Source: the human T2T-CHM13v2.0 reference genome, Homo sapiens | Reading direction: 5' to 3' | Length of the DNA: 64,000 nt | NCBI GenBank assembly: GCA_009914755.4 | Contig: CP068257.2 | Coordinates: 12,768,001 to 12,832,000 of the forward strand | Shown: positions 1 through 11,623 of the stretch, in pieces | How the letters are laid out: each line of letters starts with the position of its first letter | Numbering within the stretch: the stretch's first letter is position 1 | Notes under the pieces: model-generated | What the model was told of the DNA's origin: nothing | Databases searched by the model: none | The model's input: only the letters and a program-made list of their open reading frames with translations | Made by a program: the position numbers and the translations under genes

Positions 1-232
1 GCAGCTGAGACTACAGGTGTGCACCACCATACCCAGCTTTTATATATATATGTATTTTTATTTTATTTTATTTTATTTTATTTTATTTTATTTTATTTTA
101 TTTATTTTTCTTTGTAGAGATGAGATTCCACCATGTTGCCCAGGCTGGTCTCAAACTCCTGAGGTCAAGTGATTCACCTGCTGTGGCCTCCCAAAGTGCT
201 AAGATTACAGGTGTGTGCCATCATGCCTGGCC
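1..232 (-). mobile_element. Alu SINE on the minus strand, truncated by the window edge, with an expanded (TTTTA)n tract in its A-rich middle region
   Basis: The reverse complement reads ggccaggcatgatggcacacacctgtaatcttagcactttgggaggcc...gagaccagcctgggcaacatggtggaatctcatctctacaaag... This matches the Alu consensus. A (TTTTA)n run at 52-113 lies at the position of the mid A-rich linker. Confidence 0.9.
52..113. repeat. (TTTTA)n pentanucleotide microsatellite of about 12 units, preceded by a short (TA)5 run
   Basis: Direct reading shows ttttattttattttattttattttattttattttattttatttattttt. Confidence 0.95.
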
Positions 233-2208
233 AAAATCTGTACCATTTCTACATGCCAACAGTGAACATTATGAAAGAGAACTAAAGCAATGCAGTCCCA
301 TTTACAATAGCCACATGTAAAGTGAAATAGATAGGAATTAACCAAAGGAATAAAACATTTCTATAATGAAAAGTATAAAATACTGATAAAATAAATGTAA
401 GAGGACACTGAAAGGTGGAAAAATAGTCCATGTTCATGGATTGGAAGAATCAGTATTGTTGACATGTTCATACTACCTGAAACAATCTACAGATTTAATG
501 CAATATCTATAAAAATATCAATGACATTCTTCACAGAAATAGAAAAAACAGTCCTAAAATTTATACGGAACAACAAATACCCAGAAAATCCAAAGCTATC
601 CTGAGCAAAAAGAACAAAACTGGGACAATTTTGTTACCTGACTTCAAATTATACTACAGAGCTATAGTAACCAAAACAGCATGGTGCTGACATAAAAACA
701 AACAGATAAGCACATAGACCAATGGAACAGAATAGAGAACCCAGAAGCAAATTTACACACCTAGAGTAAGTCACTCTTGACAAAGGTGCCAAGAACATAC
801 ACTGGGAAAAGACAGTATCTTCAATAAATTGTCCTAGGAAAACTGGATATCTGTATGCAGAAGAATAAAACTAGACCCCTATCTAACACCATTAAAAAAT
901 ACAATCAAAATGGATTAAAGACTTAAATCTAAGACCTCAAACTATGAAACTACTACAGGAAAAATTTGGAGAAAATCTCCATGACATTGGTCTGGGCAAA
1001 GATTTCTTGAGTTGTGGTCCATAAGCACAGGGAACCAAGGCAAAAATGGAGAAATAGGAAAACATTAAGTTAAAAAGCTTCTGAACAGTAAAGGATATAG
1101 TCAACAAAGTGAAGATACAACCCACAGAATGGGAGAAAATATTTGCAAATTCCCAATCTGACAAGGAATTAACAACCAGAAAATATATGAAGCACAAACA
1201 ACTCTATAGGAAAAAAAAATTTAATAATGAAAATTAAGCAAAAGATTTGAATAGGCATTTCCAAAAGAAGACATACAAATGGCAAACAGGCATATGAAAA
1301 AACGCTTAAGGTTATTGATTATCACAGAAATGCAAATCAAAACTACAATGAGATATCATCTCACCCCAGTTAAAATGACTGTTATTCAAAAGACAGGCAA
1401 TAACAAATGTTGACGAGGATGTGGAGTAAATGGAACCCTTGTACACCATTGTTGGGGTTGTAAATGAGTATAATCACTATGGAGAGCAGTTTGGAGGTTT
1501 CTCAGAAAACTGAAAATTGAGTTACCACCTGATGCAGCAATCCCACTGCTGGGTATATGCCCAAAAGAAAGGAAATCAGTGTATTGAAGAGATATCTACA
1601 CTCCTGTGTTTTTTGCAGTACTGTCTACAAAGGCTATGATTTGGAAGCAACCTCAGTGTCTATCAACAGATGAATGAATAAAAACAATGAAGTAATATTC
1701 AGCCATAAAAATAGAATGATATCCAGTCATTTGCAACGACTTCAATGGAACTGGAGACCATTATGTTAAGTGAAATCAGTTAGGCACAGAAAGAGAAACA
1801 TTGCATGTTCTGACTTATCTGTGGTATGTAAAAATCAAAACAGTTAAACTCATGGACATAGAGAGTAGTAGAAGGATGGGTTACCAGAAGCTGGGAAGGG
1901 TAGTGGGGGGTTGGAGGAGAGGTGGGGATGGTTAATGGGTACAAAAAAATAGTGAGAAAGAATGAATAAGACCTACAATTTGATAGCACAAAAGGGTGAC
2001 TATAGTCAATAAGACCTTAATTGTACATTTTAAAATAACTTAAAGAGTATATTTGGATTGTTTGTAACTCAAAAGATAAATGCTTGAGAAGATGAATGCC
2101 CCATTTGCCATGATGTGTTTATTTCACATTGCATGCCTGTATCAAAACATCTCATATAACCCATAAATATATACACCTACTGTGTACCCACAAAAATTTT
2201 TTAAAAAT
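233..2208 (+). mobile_element. LINE-1 fragment on the plus strand, 5'-truncated, covering the ORF2 3' half and the 3' UTR (older primate L1)
   Basis: ORF2 C-terminal motifs are present in the translation ([21 protein letters not shown]..., [16 protein letters not shown]...). The terminal L1 3' UTR reads ...gcatgcctgtatcaaaacatctcatataacccataaatatatacacctactgtgtacccacaaaaatttttt. The frames are heavily disrupted. Confidence 0.85.
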
Positions 2209-2808
2209 CACTGGTACCGGTAAATAAATCATCAAATAAAGAACACTGTAATACTGTAATGATGGAGTGTAGATCAATTTTATCTCCAATATAAGATTAG
2301 AAGATGAAACTACTAGAAATGACCATAGCTGCAATAATTTGGTAAGGGATACATAACATAAAAAATGTAAATTTTAACATAATAAATATAAAGTATGAAA
2401 GGAGATTAAAAGTATAGAGTTTATGTGATTGAACTTATTACCAGCATAAAATAGACTGTTATAACTATAAAATGTTTTATGCAAGCCTCATGGTAACCAC
2501 AAAAAAAAAACAACTAAAGTAGATATACAAATGATTAAGGAAAAGGATTACAAAAATAGCAACACATGAAATCATCAAATCACAAAGAAATATAGCAGGA
2601 GAGGAAGAAACAAAGTATATACAAAGCAACAAGACACAATTAACAAGTGACAGCAGTAAGTTCTTACCAACTGATAATTACCTTATATGTAAATTGATTG
2701 AATTATCCAACAAAACACAGAATGACCAAATGGTTTAAATAAAAACACACCCAACTGTACGCTTCCTACAAGAGATTTACTTTAATCTTAAAGACATACG
2801 TAGGCTCA

Positions 2809-3306
2809 ATGTTAAGGTATGGAAAAATATATTTCATGAAAAATGATAACCAAAAGGTGGCTATAATTACATTAGACAAAATAGACTTTAAGTTAAAAAC
2901 TGTCACAAGAGACAAAGAAGAACATTATATGATAATAAAGGTGTCAATTCATCAAGAGGATATAACAATTGTAAATAAATATGCCCCCATAAGTGGAGCA
3001 CCTGAATATATAAAGCAAATCTTAACAGATCTGAAGGAAGAAATAGACAGCAATGCAATGACAGTAGGGGACTTCAATATCTTACTATCAACAATGGATA
3101 GATCACCCAGACAGAAAATCAATAAGGGAATATTGGACTTGACATACAGTTTAGAAAAATTGGACATAATAGAGGTATACCACACCTTCCACCCGATATT
3201 AGCAGAATGCACATTCTTCTCAAGCACACATGAAACATTCTCCAGGATAGACATGTTAGCCACAAAACAAATGTTAGCAAATTTGTTTTTTAAAGAAGAA
3301 ATTTAA
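2809..3306 (+). pseudogene. Remnant of the L1 ORF2 apurinic-endonuclease-like domain (165-aa ORF); not a cellular gene
   Basis: The translation KVAIITLDKIDFKLKTVTRDKEEHYMIIKVSIHQEDITIVNKYAPISGAPEYIKQILTDLKEEIDSN..VGDFN..LSTMDRS.RQKINK..LDL.Y.L...D.I..YHTFHP...E.TFFSS.H.TFSRIDM. matches the L1 ORF2 endonuclease consensus. Confidence 0.85.
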
Positions 3307-3392
3307 GAAGATTGAAGTCATGTCAAGTGTCTTTTCTGACCATATTGGTATGTAACTGAAATCAGTAACAAGAGGAAAACCAGAAAATTCAC

Positions 3393-3759
3393 TGTATCAG
3401 TCCCTTTTCACACTGCTATAAAGATACTACCTGAGACTGTGTAATTTATAAATAAAGAGGGTTTAACTGACTTACAGTTCCACATGGCTGGGGAGGCCTC
3501 AGGAAACTTACAACAATAGCAGAAGGGAAAGCAGGCATGTCTTACATGGTGGCAGGCAAGAGCAAAAGAGCACAGAGAAAACTGCCACTTATAAAACCAT
3601 CAGATCTAGTGAGAACTTACTGTCATGAGAACAACCTGGAGGAAACCACCCCCATGATCAAATCATCTTCCATCACTTCCCTCCCCTGACATGTGGGAAT
3701 TATAATTCAGATTATAATTCCAGATAAGATTTGGGTGGGGACACAGCCAGACCATATCA
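3393..3759 (-). mobile_element. MaLR THE1/MST-type solo LTR on the minus strand, nested in L1 ORF2
   Basis: The reverse complement starts tgatatggtctggctgtgtccccacccaaatcttatctggaattataatc...gtgggaa...catgggggtggtttcctcc... and ends ...taaattacacagtctcaggtagtatctttatagcagtgtgaaaagggactgataca. This matches the THE1 LTR consensus (TG...CA, about 365 bp). The 5-bp target-site duplication ttcac flanks it, and L1 ORF2 resumes exactly afterwards. Confidence 0.75.
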
Positions 3760-3961
3760 TTCACAAATATGTGGGGATTAAACAGCATGCTTCTGAACAA
3801 CCAATGGTTCAAAGATGAAATAGAAAGGAAAATTTGTAGAACTTATGAGACAAAAAAAGATGAAAACACAACATACCAAAAACCTAGGAGATGCAGCAAA
3901 AGCAGTTCTGAGAGGGAAGTTTATAACAGTAATTGTCTACATTAAGAAGTAGGAACATCTA

Positions 3962-4282
<321 letters not shown>

Positions 4283-5639
4283 CTAATGTTATACCTCAAG
4301 GAACTAGAAGAAGAAGAACAAACTAAACTTAAAGTAAGCATGAAAAAGAAAATAATAGCTATCAGAGCAAAAGTAAACCAAAAGAATATAGAAATAGAAA
4401 AATCAATAAAACTAAGAGTTGATTTATTGAACAAATAAAATATATACATACCGTTCTGGACTAAGCCAAAAAAAAAAAAAAGGGAGAAGACTAAATAAAT
4501 AGAATCAGAAATGAATGTGAAGACATTATAATAGATGCCTTAGAAATAAGGATAATTAGAGACAAATATGAGCAATTAATTATATGCCATTAAATTGGAT
4601 AATCTGCAGAAAAAAATAAATTTGTATAAACATACAACCCACCAAAACTGAATCAGGAAAATAATGAGAGCCTAAACAGAGTAATAGCAAATAAAGAGAT
4701 TGATGTGGTAATTAAAAACCTTCCAACAAAGAAAATTCCTGAATCAGATGGCGTAATGGCTGAATTCTAGCAAACATTGAAAAAATTAATATCAGTTCTT
4801 CTCAAACTCTTTCAAAAAATATATAACTTGAGGGAATACTTTCAAACTCATTTTATGAGGCCAGCATTATCCTTATATTAAAGTCAGACAAAAGCGCTAC
4901 AAGAAAAAAAAAGCTTACAAGTCAATATCTCTGATGACCACAGTTGCAAAAATCCTCAGTAAAATCGTAGCAAACCAAATTCAACAACATATTGAAAAGA
5001 TTATACATTATGACCAAGTGGGATTTATCCCTGGTATCTAAGATTGGTTTAACATATTCAAATCAATCAATGCGATATCTCACATTAACAGAATGGAAGA
5101 CAAAACTCATAAGATTATTTTAGTAGATGCAGAAAAAGCATTCGACAAAGTTCGACATCCTTTCTTGATAAAAACTCTCAACAAATACTACCAAGAGCAA
5201 TCGGACAAGAAAAAGAAATGGAAGATATCCAGATTGGAAAAGAAGTAAAATTATTCTATCTGCAGATGACATGATCCTATATGTTGAAAAACCTAAAGGA
5301 CACACACACACACACACACAGACACTTAAAACAGATGAATTCAGTAAATTTACAGGATACAAAATTGACATTCAAAAATGAGTTACATTTCTTTATACCA
5401 GTAATGATCTATCAGAAAAACAAATAAAAAAGATAAAGATAATCCCTTTTACTATAGAATCAAAAAGAATAAAATACTTAGAAATAAGTTTAATCAAAAA
5501 GATGGAAAATCTGTACACTGAAAGCTATTAAACACTAATGAAAGAAATTAAAGACACAAATACATGGAAAGCTATCTCATGTTCATGGGCTGAAAGAATT
5601 AATTCTGTTAAAATGTCCACATTACCCAAAGAACTATAG

Positions 5640-5952
5640 TTATCCTCAATATCCATGGGGGATTGGTTCCAGGACACCCCGTGTGGATAACAAAATCTCT
5701 GGATTCTCAAGTCCCTTTTATAAAATGTAGTAGTATTTCACATAACCTACACACCTTTTTTAATATTTTAACTCATTTCTAGATTCCTTATAATATCTAA
5801 TACAATGTAAATGACATGAAAATAGTATAGTTGTTATACTGTATTTTTAAAATGTCTTATTTTTTAATGTATTTTCTTCTGAATATTTTTTGATCTGTGG
5901 TTGGTTGAATCTTCAAGTATAGAACCCATAGATACAGTGGGCTGACTATATA
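5640..5952. mobile_element. Non-autonomous DNA-transposon-like element of about 310 bp with imperfect terminal inverted repeats, nested in L1 ORF2; probably Tc1/mariner-type, family not assigned
   Basis: L1 ORF2 (...MSTLPKEL) breaks at 5640 and resumes at 5953 (tacagattcaatgc). The insert starts ttatcctcaatatccatgggggattggttccaggacacc and ends gttggttgaatcttcaagtatagaacccatagatacagtgggctgactata; the ends are imperfect inverted repeats. TA-rich flanks are consistent with a TA target site. Confidence 0.45.
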
Positions 5953-8900
5953 CAGATTCAATGCAATGCGTATCAAAATTCCAATGGCATTCTTCACCTA
6001 AATAGAAAAATTTGTATGGAACCACCAAAGACCCCAAATAGCCAAAGCAATGTTGAGAAAGAAAAACAAAGTTGGAAGCACTAGATTTTCTGACCTGAAA
6101 TTCTATTAATAAGCTATAATAAAAAGAGTATGCTACTTGTATAAAAGCCCATACACAGGCCAATGGAGTAGAATAGAGAACCCAGAAATAAACCCAAGCA
6201 TATATGGTCAACAAATTTTTAACAAGGGCACCAAGAAGATACAATGAGGAAAGAACAATATTTTCCACAAATGGTGCTGGGACAACTGGATATTCACGTG
6301 TAAAAGACTGAAATTGGACACTTATTTTAAACCATACAAAAAAAAAACACACTCAAAATGGATTAAAGACTTAAACATAAGACTGTAAACTGCAAAACTC
6401 CAAGAAAAACACATAAGGAAAAAGCTTCTTGACATCTGTCTTGTCAATAAGTTTTTAGATATCACAGCAAAAGCTCAGGCAACAAAAACAAAAATAAACC
6501 AGTGGGATTAAGCAAAAACAGACAAATGGGACTACATCAAACTAAAAATATTCTGCACAGCAAAGGAAATAATCAACAAAATGAAAAAGCCTATAGATTG
6601 GGGAAAATATTTGCAAACTGTATATCTGATGAAGGGTTAATATGCAAAATCTGTAAGGAGTTCACACAACTCAATAGCAAAAAACAAGTAATCTAATTAA
6701 AATTTGGTAAAGTACCCCAATAGGCATTTCTCCAAAGAAGATGTAAAAATGTCCACCAGGCATATGAAAAGGTGCTCAACATAACTAATCATCGGGGAAA
6801 TGTAAATCAAAATCACAATGAGATACTGTGTCACACCTGTTACAATGGTTATATCAAGAAGACAAGAGAAGTGTTGACAAGGGTGTGGAGGAAAAGGGAG
6901 CTTTTTTATACTGTTGGTGGGAAGGCAAATTGGAACAGCCATTATAGAAGACAGAGTGGAGTTTCCTCAAAAAATTAGAAGTAGAACTACCCTATGACCC
7001 AGCAATTCCTCTTTTGGGTATACATCTAAAAAAATTAAAACAATATGTTGAAGGGATACCTGCATCTCCATGTTTGTTGCAGCTTTATTCACAATAGATA
7101 AAATATAGAAACAATCCAACTGTCTGTCCATAGATGAATAGATAAAGAAAATATATAGGCATATATGTATGTGTGTGTATTTCATACATATATAAAATAC
7201 ACATATATATGAATATTATTCAATCTTAAAGAAGGAGATTCAGCCAATTGTAACAGCATGGATGAAGTTGGAGAATATTATGCTAAGTGAAACAAGCCAG
7301 ACATAGAAAGAAAAATAGTACATGGTTTCACTTACATCTAGAATTTAAAAAGAGTTGAATACATAGAAACAGAATTGAATAGTGGTTATCAGAGGCTGAA
7401 GGATGGGGAAAAAATGAGGAGATGTCAGTCAAAGGGTTTCAGTGTTGCAGTATCTCAGAATGTAACTGTATTTGGCTACAGGCCTTTGAATAGATGATTA
7501 AGTTAAATAAGGCTGTTAGGGTGGTCCCTAATTCAATCTGACCAGTGCCCTTGTAATAAGAGGGAATTTGGACACATAAAGAGACACCAGGAATGCACAA
7601 GCACAGAGTAAAGTCCATGTAATGGCACAGTGAAAAGGTGACCATCTCAAGCCAAGGAGAGAGGACTCTTTTGGCCTCAGAAGAAACCAAACTTGCTAAT
7701 CTCTTAATCTTGGACTTCTAGTCTTTAGGGTGATGAGAAACTATATCTCTGTTGTTTAATCCACCAGTCTGTGGTATTTTGTTATGGCAGCCATAGCAAA
7801 CTATTAGTTAGACAAGAACACTGCTAATGTCTTTTCTAGACCTAAAATTCTACTGTTGTTTTTAAAAGATTGCTGCTGTTTTCTTGAGAGTCAAAAGTAA
7901 ATGCAGATAATTCCCATTATCCTGGTGTGGTCTTAAGGAAATTTTTAGTGTTCTCATTATCTTTCTTCCTTTATTTCTAGATACTTACTATAAGTTTTCT
8001 AGTAGCAAGATTGGAATCCCATCAGTTGACAGTGTATGAGCCTAATATTATACATTGTAAATCATTCTCACTAGCATTTTGTGTATACTTATTAATATAT
8101 TTGTTATTTCAATTCAGAATCATTGCTTAAGTTTTCTGATCTTTATAGTTTCTCTGATTATCCTCTGATTGATAAAGTCTTTATGATTAAACTCTTCAGA
8201 CATTACCATTTTGTTTCTACAATGTCGATATCTTCATGTTTCCAGTATCTTCACTATCAGATCCTTGCCATATCATCCTTTTCACATAATTATGATAAAT
8301 TATAAAAATCTCACTGTATTTGGTATTATTGTAAGTTAAATGATATGTTCAGGATTTGCAAAGGTATATTGCACATTTTCATGATGTCACAAAAAACTAA
8401 TGATAACCAGGACTCCTTAGATAAATGATTAATTCTAAAACTGAGGCAGAAAATGTACAAGCTGAGCCCGGACCATTTTTTAGTGCAGAAAGCAAATAAA
8501 TGCTTACAAACAAACAAACAAACCCATATTGATGTAGGTGTGTCGAAGGGACACAGGAGTCAACTGAAAGCGCTCCCAATGGCCAAAGGTGGAATAAGTT
8601 GAGCAAGAAAATAAAGTAGTACAGGATAAAATTTCAAAGTATAACATCCATATCCATGAGTCCATATTGATATAATAATATCAATATCATAAATGATTGA
8701 ATAAATAAGTAATTAGGAGAGAATGGACACATCTCCCATATAGAAGAATTCCAAATAATTTATGTAAACACTCCACTCTCATGGAGGGGGTAGACATAAT
8801 GACTTCCCTCCAACAGTGCAGTATGGAAAGTGATGGAGGGAATGAGTAACTTTACGGTGAAGAAGCCTGATGAAGCTAACTGAGCGTGATTATCAATGTC

Positions 8901-9684
8901 AACATTAATAGTCATAACTCATGTTGATAGTATGTACCCTTGACACGCTGTCACAAAAATAGCACTTTATTTCTGTAATATTCCTTTCCCCCAAGCCCAA
9001 TAACCTCAGTATAATCATGAGAAGAACATCAAACAAATTCCAGTGGAGGGACATCCCACAAAATACTTTACTCCTCAAAAGTGTTCAGATCATCAAGTAA
9101 AAACAAAAACTAGGAAACTGTCACAGGCATCAGGAGCCTAAGGAGACAGACATAATAGCTGAATGCAATGTGGCATCCTGAATGAGTTCCTGGAATAGGA
9201 AAAGGATATTAGGTAAAAACCAAGGAAATCTGAACAAATTATGGACTTCGATAAATGAATAACAATGCATCTGTATTGGTTCATTAATCATAACAAATGT
9301 ACCATATTACAAACAGGAAAAACTGAGCCTGGAGTACATGGAAACTCTGTGTACTATTTTGCAAAATTTTCTGTAAATCTAAACCTGTTTTAGAAAATAA
9401 AGTTTATTTTTAAAAAAAATGAAATCAGACTTCAGAACTTCTCGGCTATTTTGAGCTTAGTGCTGGTAACATAAAAAAAGGTTTAAACTATCTTTAAAAC
9501 TTCGTGAGGGATGATATGAACATATAACTAGGCATTTCTACTAGCTTTTCAAATAAAATTAACTTAGTTTTGGCTTACAAAAAGATTATGATGAAGCCTA
9601 CTCTAATTTCCCATACATCACAAAGCTTTTTCCTTAAATATTAAGTTTTGAAGAAATGTAATTTAGTAGGACATTTTTGTAACT

Positions 9685-9824
9685 TTTTTTTTTTTTTGGT
9701 ATTTTTAGTACACATGGGGTTTCACCGTGTTAGCCAGGATGGTCTCAATCTCCTGACCTTGTGATCCACCCACCTTGGCCTCCCAAAGTGCTGGGATTAC
9801 AGGCATAAGCCACTGCACCCGGCC
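9685..9824 (-). mobile_element. Free left Alu monomer (FLAM-like) on the minus strand
   Basis: A T-run is followed by ggtatttttagtacacatggggtttcaccgtgttagccaggatggtctcaatctcctgaccttgtgatccacccaccttggcctcccaaagtgctgggattacaggcataagccactgcacccggcc. This is the reverse complement of the Alu left arm only. Confidence 0.8.
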
Positions 9825-10254
9825 ATACAACCTTTTAAGTTTGAAAATTGCCTTTACAAATGTGTCATAGTTACCATTAATTCTCACTTCGTAGATAGGG
9901 TAGCTAGTACACAGATGTGCTTAGTGTCCAAAGCTAATAAGACAGAATCAAGACCTGATCCCAATCATCAGACTCCTAGTTGAAGTTTCTTTTCACCACA
10001 CCAGTGGTCTCCAAACATTTTTATTGCACAAACTTATCAGTAAAATATTGTGAGAAGCAACCACAGTATATGAATATGTGTTTATAAATTATATGCATTT
10101 ATATCTAAATTATTTTGGGTAAACTATAAAGCATACCTCAAAGTAAGTATTAAGATGATTCAATTACAAATTTATACAAACTGAATTTTTATTTTTTTCA
10201 TGCACCAGATGTTTATTTGTGCAGCCCTCTTTGTAAACTACTGCTCCAATTATT

Positions 10255-10480
10255 TATTGATGTGTAACAAACCATCTCAAAACACATTATTTTGTGGCAA
10301 AAAAAGCCCACTTATTATTATCTCTCATGGGCCTGGGGTTGACTGGGCTCAGCAGGGTGGTTGTTACTTAGGGCCTCTCATATGGTTGCTGTCAGATGGT
10401 GACTGGGGCCTGAATCATTTGGCTTGCTTACTCACCTATTACACCTGGGCTGGGGAGACCCACATAACAAAAGAACTGAG
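10255..10480 (+). mobile_element. Ancient MaLR (MLT1/MST-like) LTR fragment
   Basis: It resembles the MaLR LTR internal region: gtaacaaaccatctcaaaacacattattttgtggcaaaaaaagcccacttattattatctctcatgggcctggggttgactgggctcagcagggtggttgttacttagggcctctcat. It is diverged, and the subfamily is not assigned. Confidence 0.4.
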
Positions 10481-10487
10481 GGTCCTC

Positions 10488-10527
<40 letters not shown>

Positions 10528-10550
10528 GTGCATGAATGTATGTATGTGTA

Positions 10551-10585
<35 letters not shown>
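10488..10585. repeat. Compound (GT)n microsatellite: (GT)~19 and (GT)~17 separated by an interrupted gtaagtgcatgaatgtatgtatgtgtaagag segment
   Basis: Direct reading. It generates the VCVCVC and HTHTHT ORF artefacts in the ORF track. Confidence 0.95.
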
Positions 10586-10587
<2 letters not shown>

Positions 10588-11181
10588 TCTGTTTCCCTCC
10601 AGCATGATGGCTTTAGGGTCACTGGACTCAGAGCTCCACGGCATATGTTCTGGAAGAGGCAGAACCAGAACATTTATTTTTCTCTTTTTCTGACCTAGAC
10701 TATAAATTTATGCAGCCTCACTATTGATTATTTAAAAGAGTCACTAAGATCTGTACATACCCAAGGCAGGGGTGGACTTAGACTCTACTTCTTGATGAAA
10801 GCAATGTCAAAGAACTTGCTGACATGTTTTTAAATCACCCAAAGCAGAAAGTCTGAACTCTGGTAATTTTATTTTATGAGATAAATTCTTAATAATCCAT
10901 TGGTGCAGAGAAAGAAATAAAGTAGCACCCCATGCTTCTCACAGCTGCCTTTTTGTGGCTATTCTCATAAATAATTCTACTGATACTCTCCTTTTCTGTA
11001 ATTGATTAAAGAGATGCTCGTTCCCAGATAAATTAAAACTCTTTCCTTCTCATCAAAGCCTAGAGCAGCTTTGCTGGGACTTTGCTCCTTCAGCCTAAAG
11101 CTGTGTCCACCCTGACAGGAGATCAGTATTTTTGCAAGAAAGGCTGCTAATATAGTAGGGTTTTTGTTTGTTTGTTTGCTT

Positions 11182-11182
<1 letters not shown>

Positions 11183-11218
<36 letters not shown>
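11183..11218. repeat. Poly(T) tract of about 36 nt preceded by (TTTG)n
   Basis: Direct reading shows tttgtttgtttgtttgcttg followed by t(36). Confidence 0.9.
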
Positions 11219-11219
<1 letters not shown>

Positions 11220-11377
11220 TATTCTGCTCTTTCATTGTGCTTTAATGTAAATTACTGGTATTTCACTAGTTGTACTGAGCACTTTTTTGCCTCCTTGGTA
11301 TCAAACCCAATATATTAGTCTTTGGATTACATTTGCCCTCTGCAAAACCAGTGACTAAGAGCTAAAGAGCAGACATA

Positions 11378-11623
11378 GGCCAAGAATGGTGGCTCACGCC
11401 TATAATCCTAGCACTTTGGGAGGCTGAGGTGGGGGGATCACTTGAAGTCAGGAGTTCAAGACCAGGCTGACCAACACGGTGAAACCCTGTCTCTACTAAA
11501 AATACAAAAATTAGCTGGAAATCACATGAACCCACGTGGCGGAGGTTACCAGTATTGCACCACTGCACTCCAACCTGGCTGACAGAGCAAGACTCCATCT
11601 AAAAAAAAAAAAAAAAAAAAAAA
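11378..11623 (+). mobile_element. Alu on the plus strand with an internal deletion of about 40 bp in the right arm and a 25-nt poly(A) tail
   Basis: It reads ggccaagaatggtggctcacgcctataatcctagcactttgggaggctgaggtgggggg...aaaaatacaaaaattagctgg, then jumps to aaatcacatgaacccacgtggcggaggtt...cactccaacctggctgacagagcaagactccatct followed by a(25). Confidence 0.85.

Noticed and set aside
52-113. Regularly spaced short repeats, which raised the possibility of a CRISPR-like array; the same applies to the tetranucleotide blocks
   Set aside because: The period is 5 bp (or 4 bp) with no spacers. These are eukaryotic microsatellites, and the surrounding sequence is primate DNA.
2809-3306. 165-aa ORF with clear homology to a nuclease domain
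   Set aside because: The homology is real, but it is the LINE-1 ORF2 endonuclease of a dead, truncated L1, not a cellular or defence nuclease. It is recorded as a pseudogene feature only.
5864-6352. 162-aa ORF on the minus strand, the longest ORF outside the young L1
   Set aside because: It lies antisense to degraded L1 ORF2 sequence. It has a low-complexity, hydrophobic translation with no homology, and is a chance open frame in A-rich antisense L1.
8690-9420. Possible additional ancient interspersed repeat (...ccactctcatggagggggtagacataatgacttccctccaacagtgcagtatggaaagtgatggagg...gtaccatattacaaacaggaaaaactgagcctggagtacatggaaactctgtgtactattttgcaaaattttctgtaaatctaaacc)
   Set aside because: It feels like a MER/Tigger-type consensus, but I cannot assign a family or boundaries from memory, so it is not listed as a feature.
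10424-10693. ORFs with VCVCVCV and HTHTHTH peptides
   Set aside because: They are (GT)n/(CA)n microsatellite artefacts.
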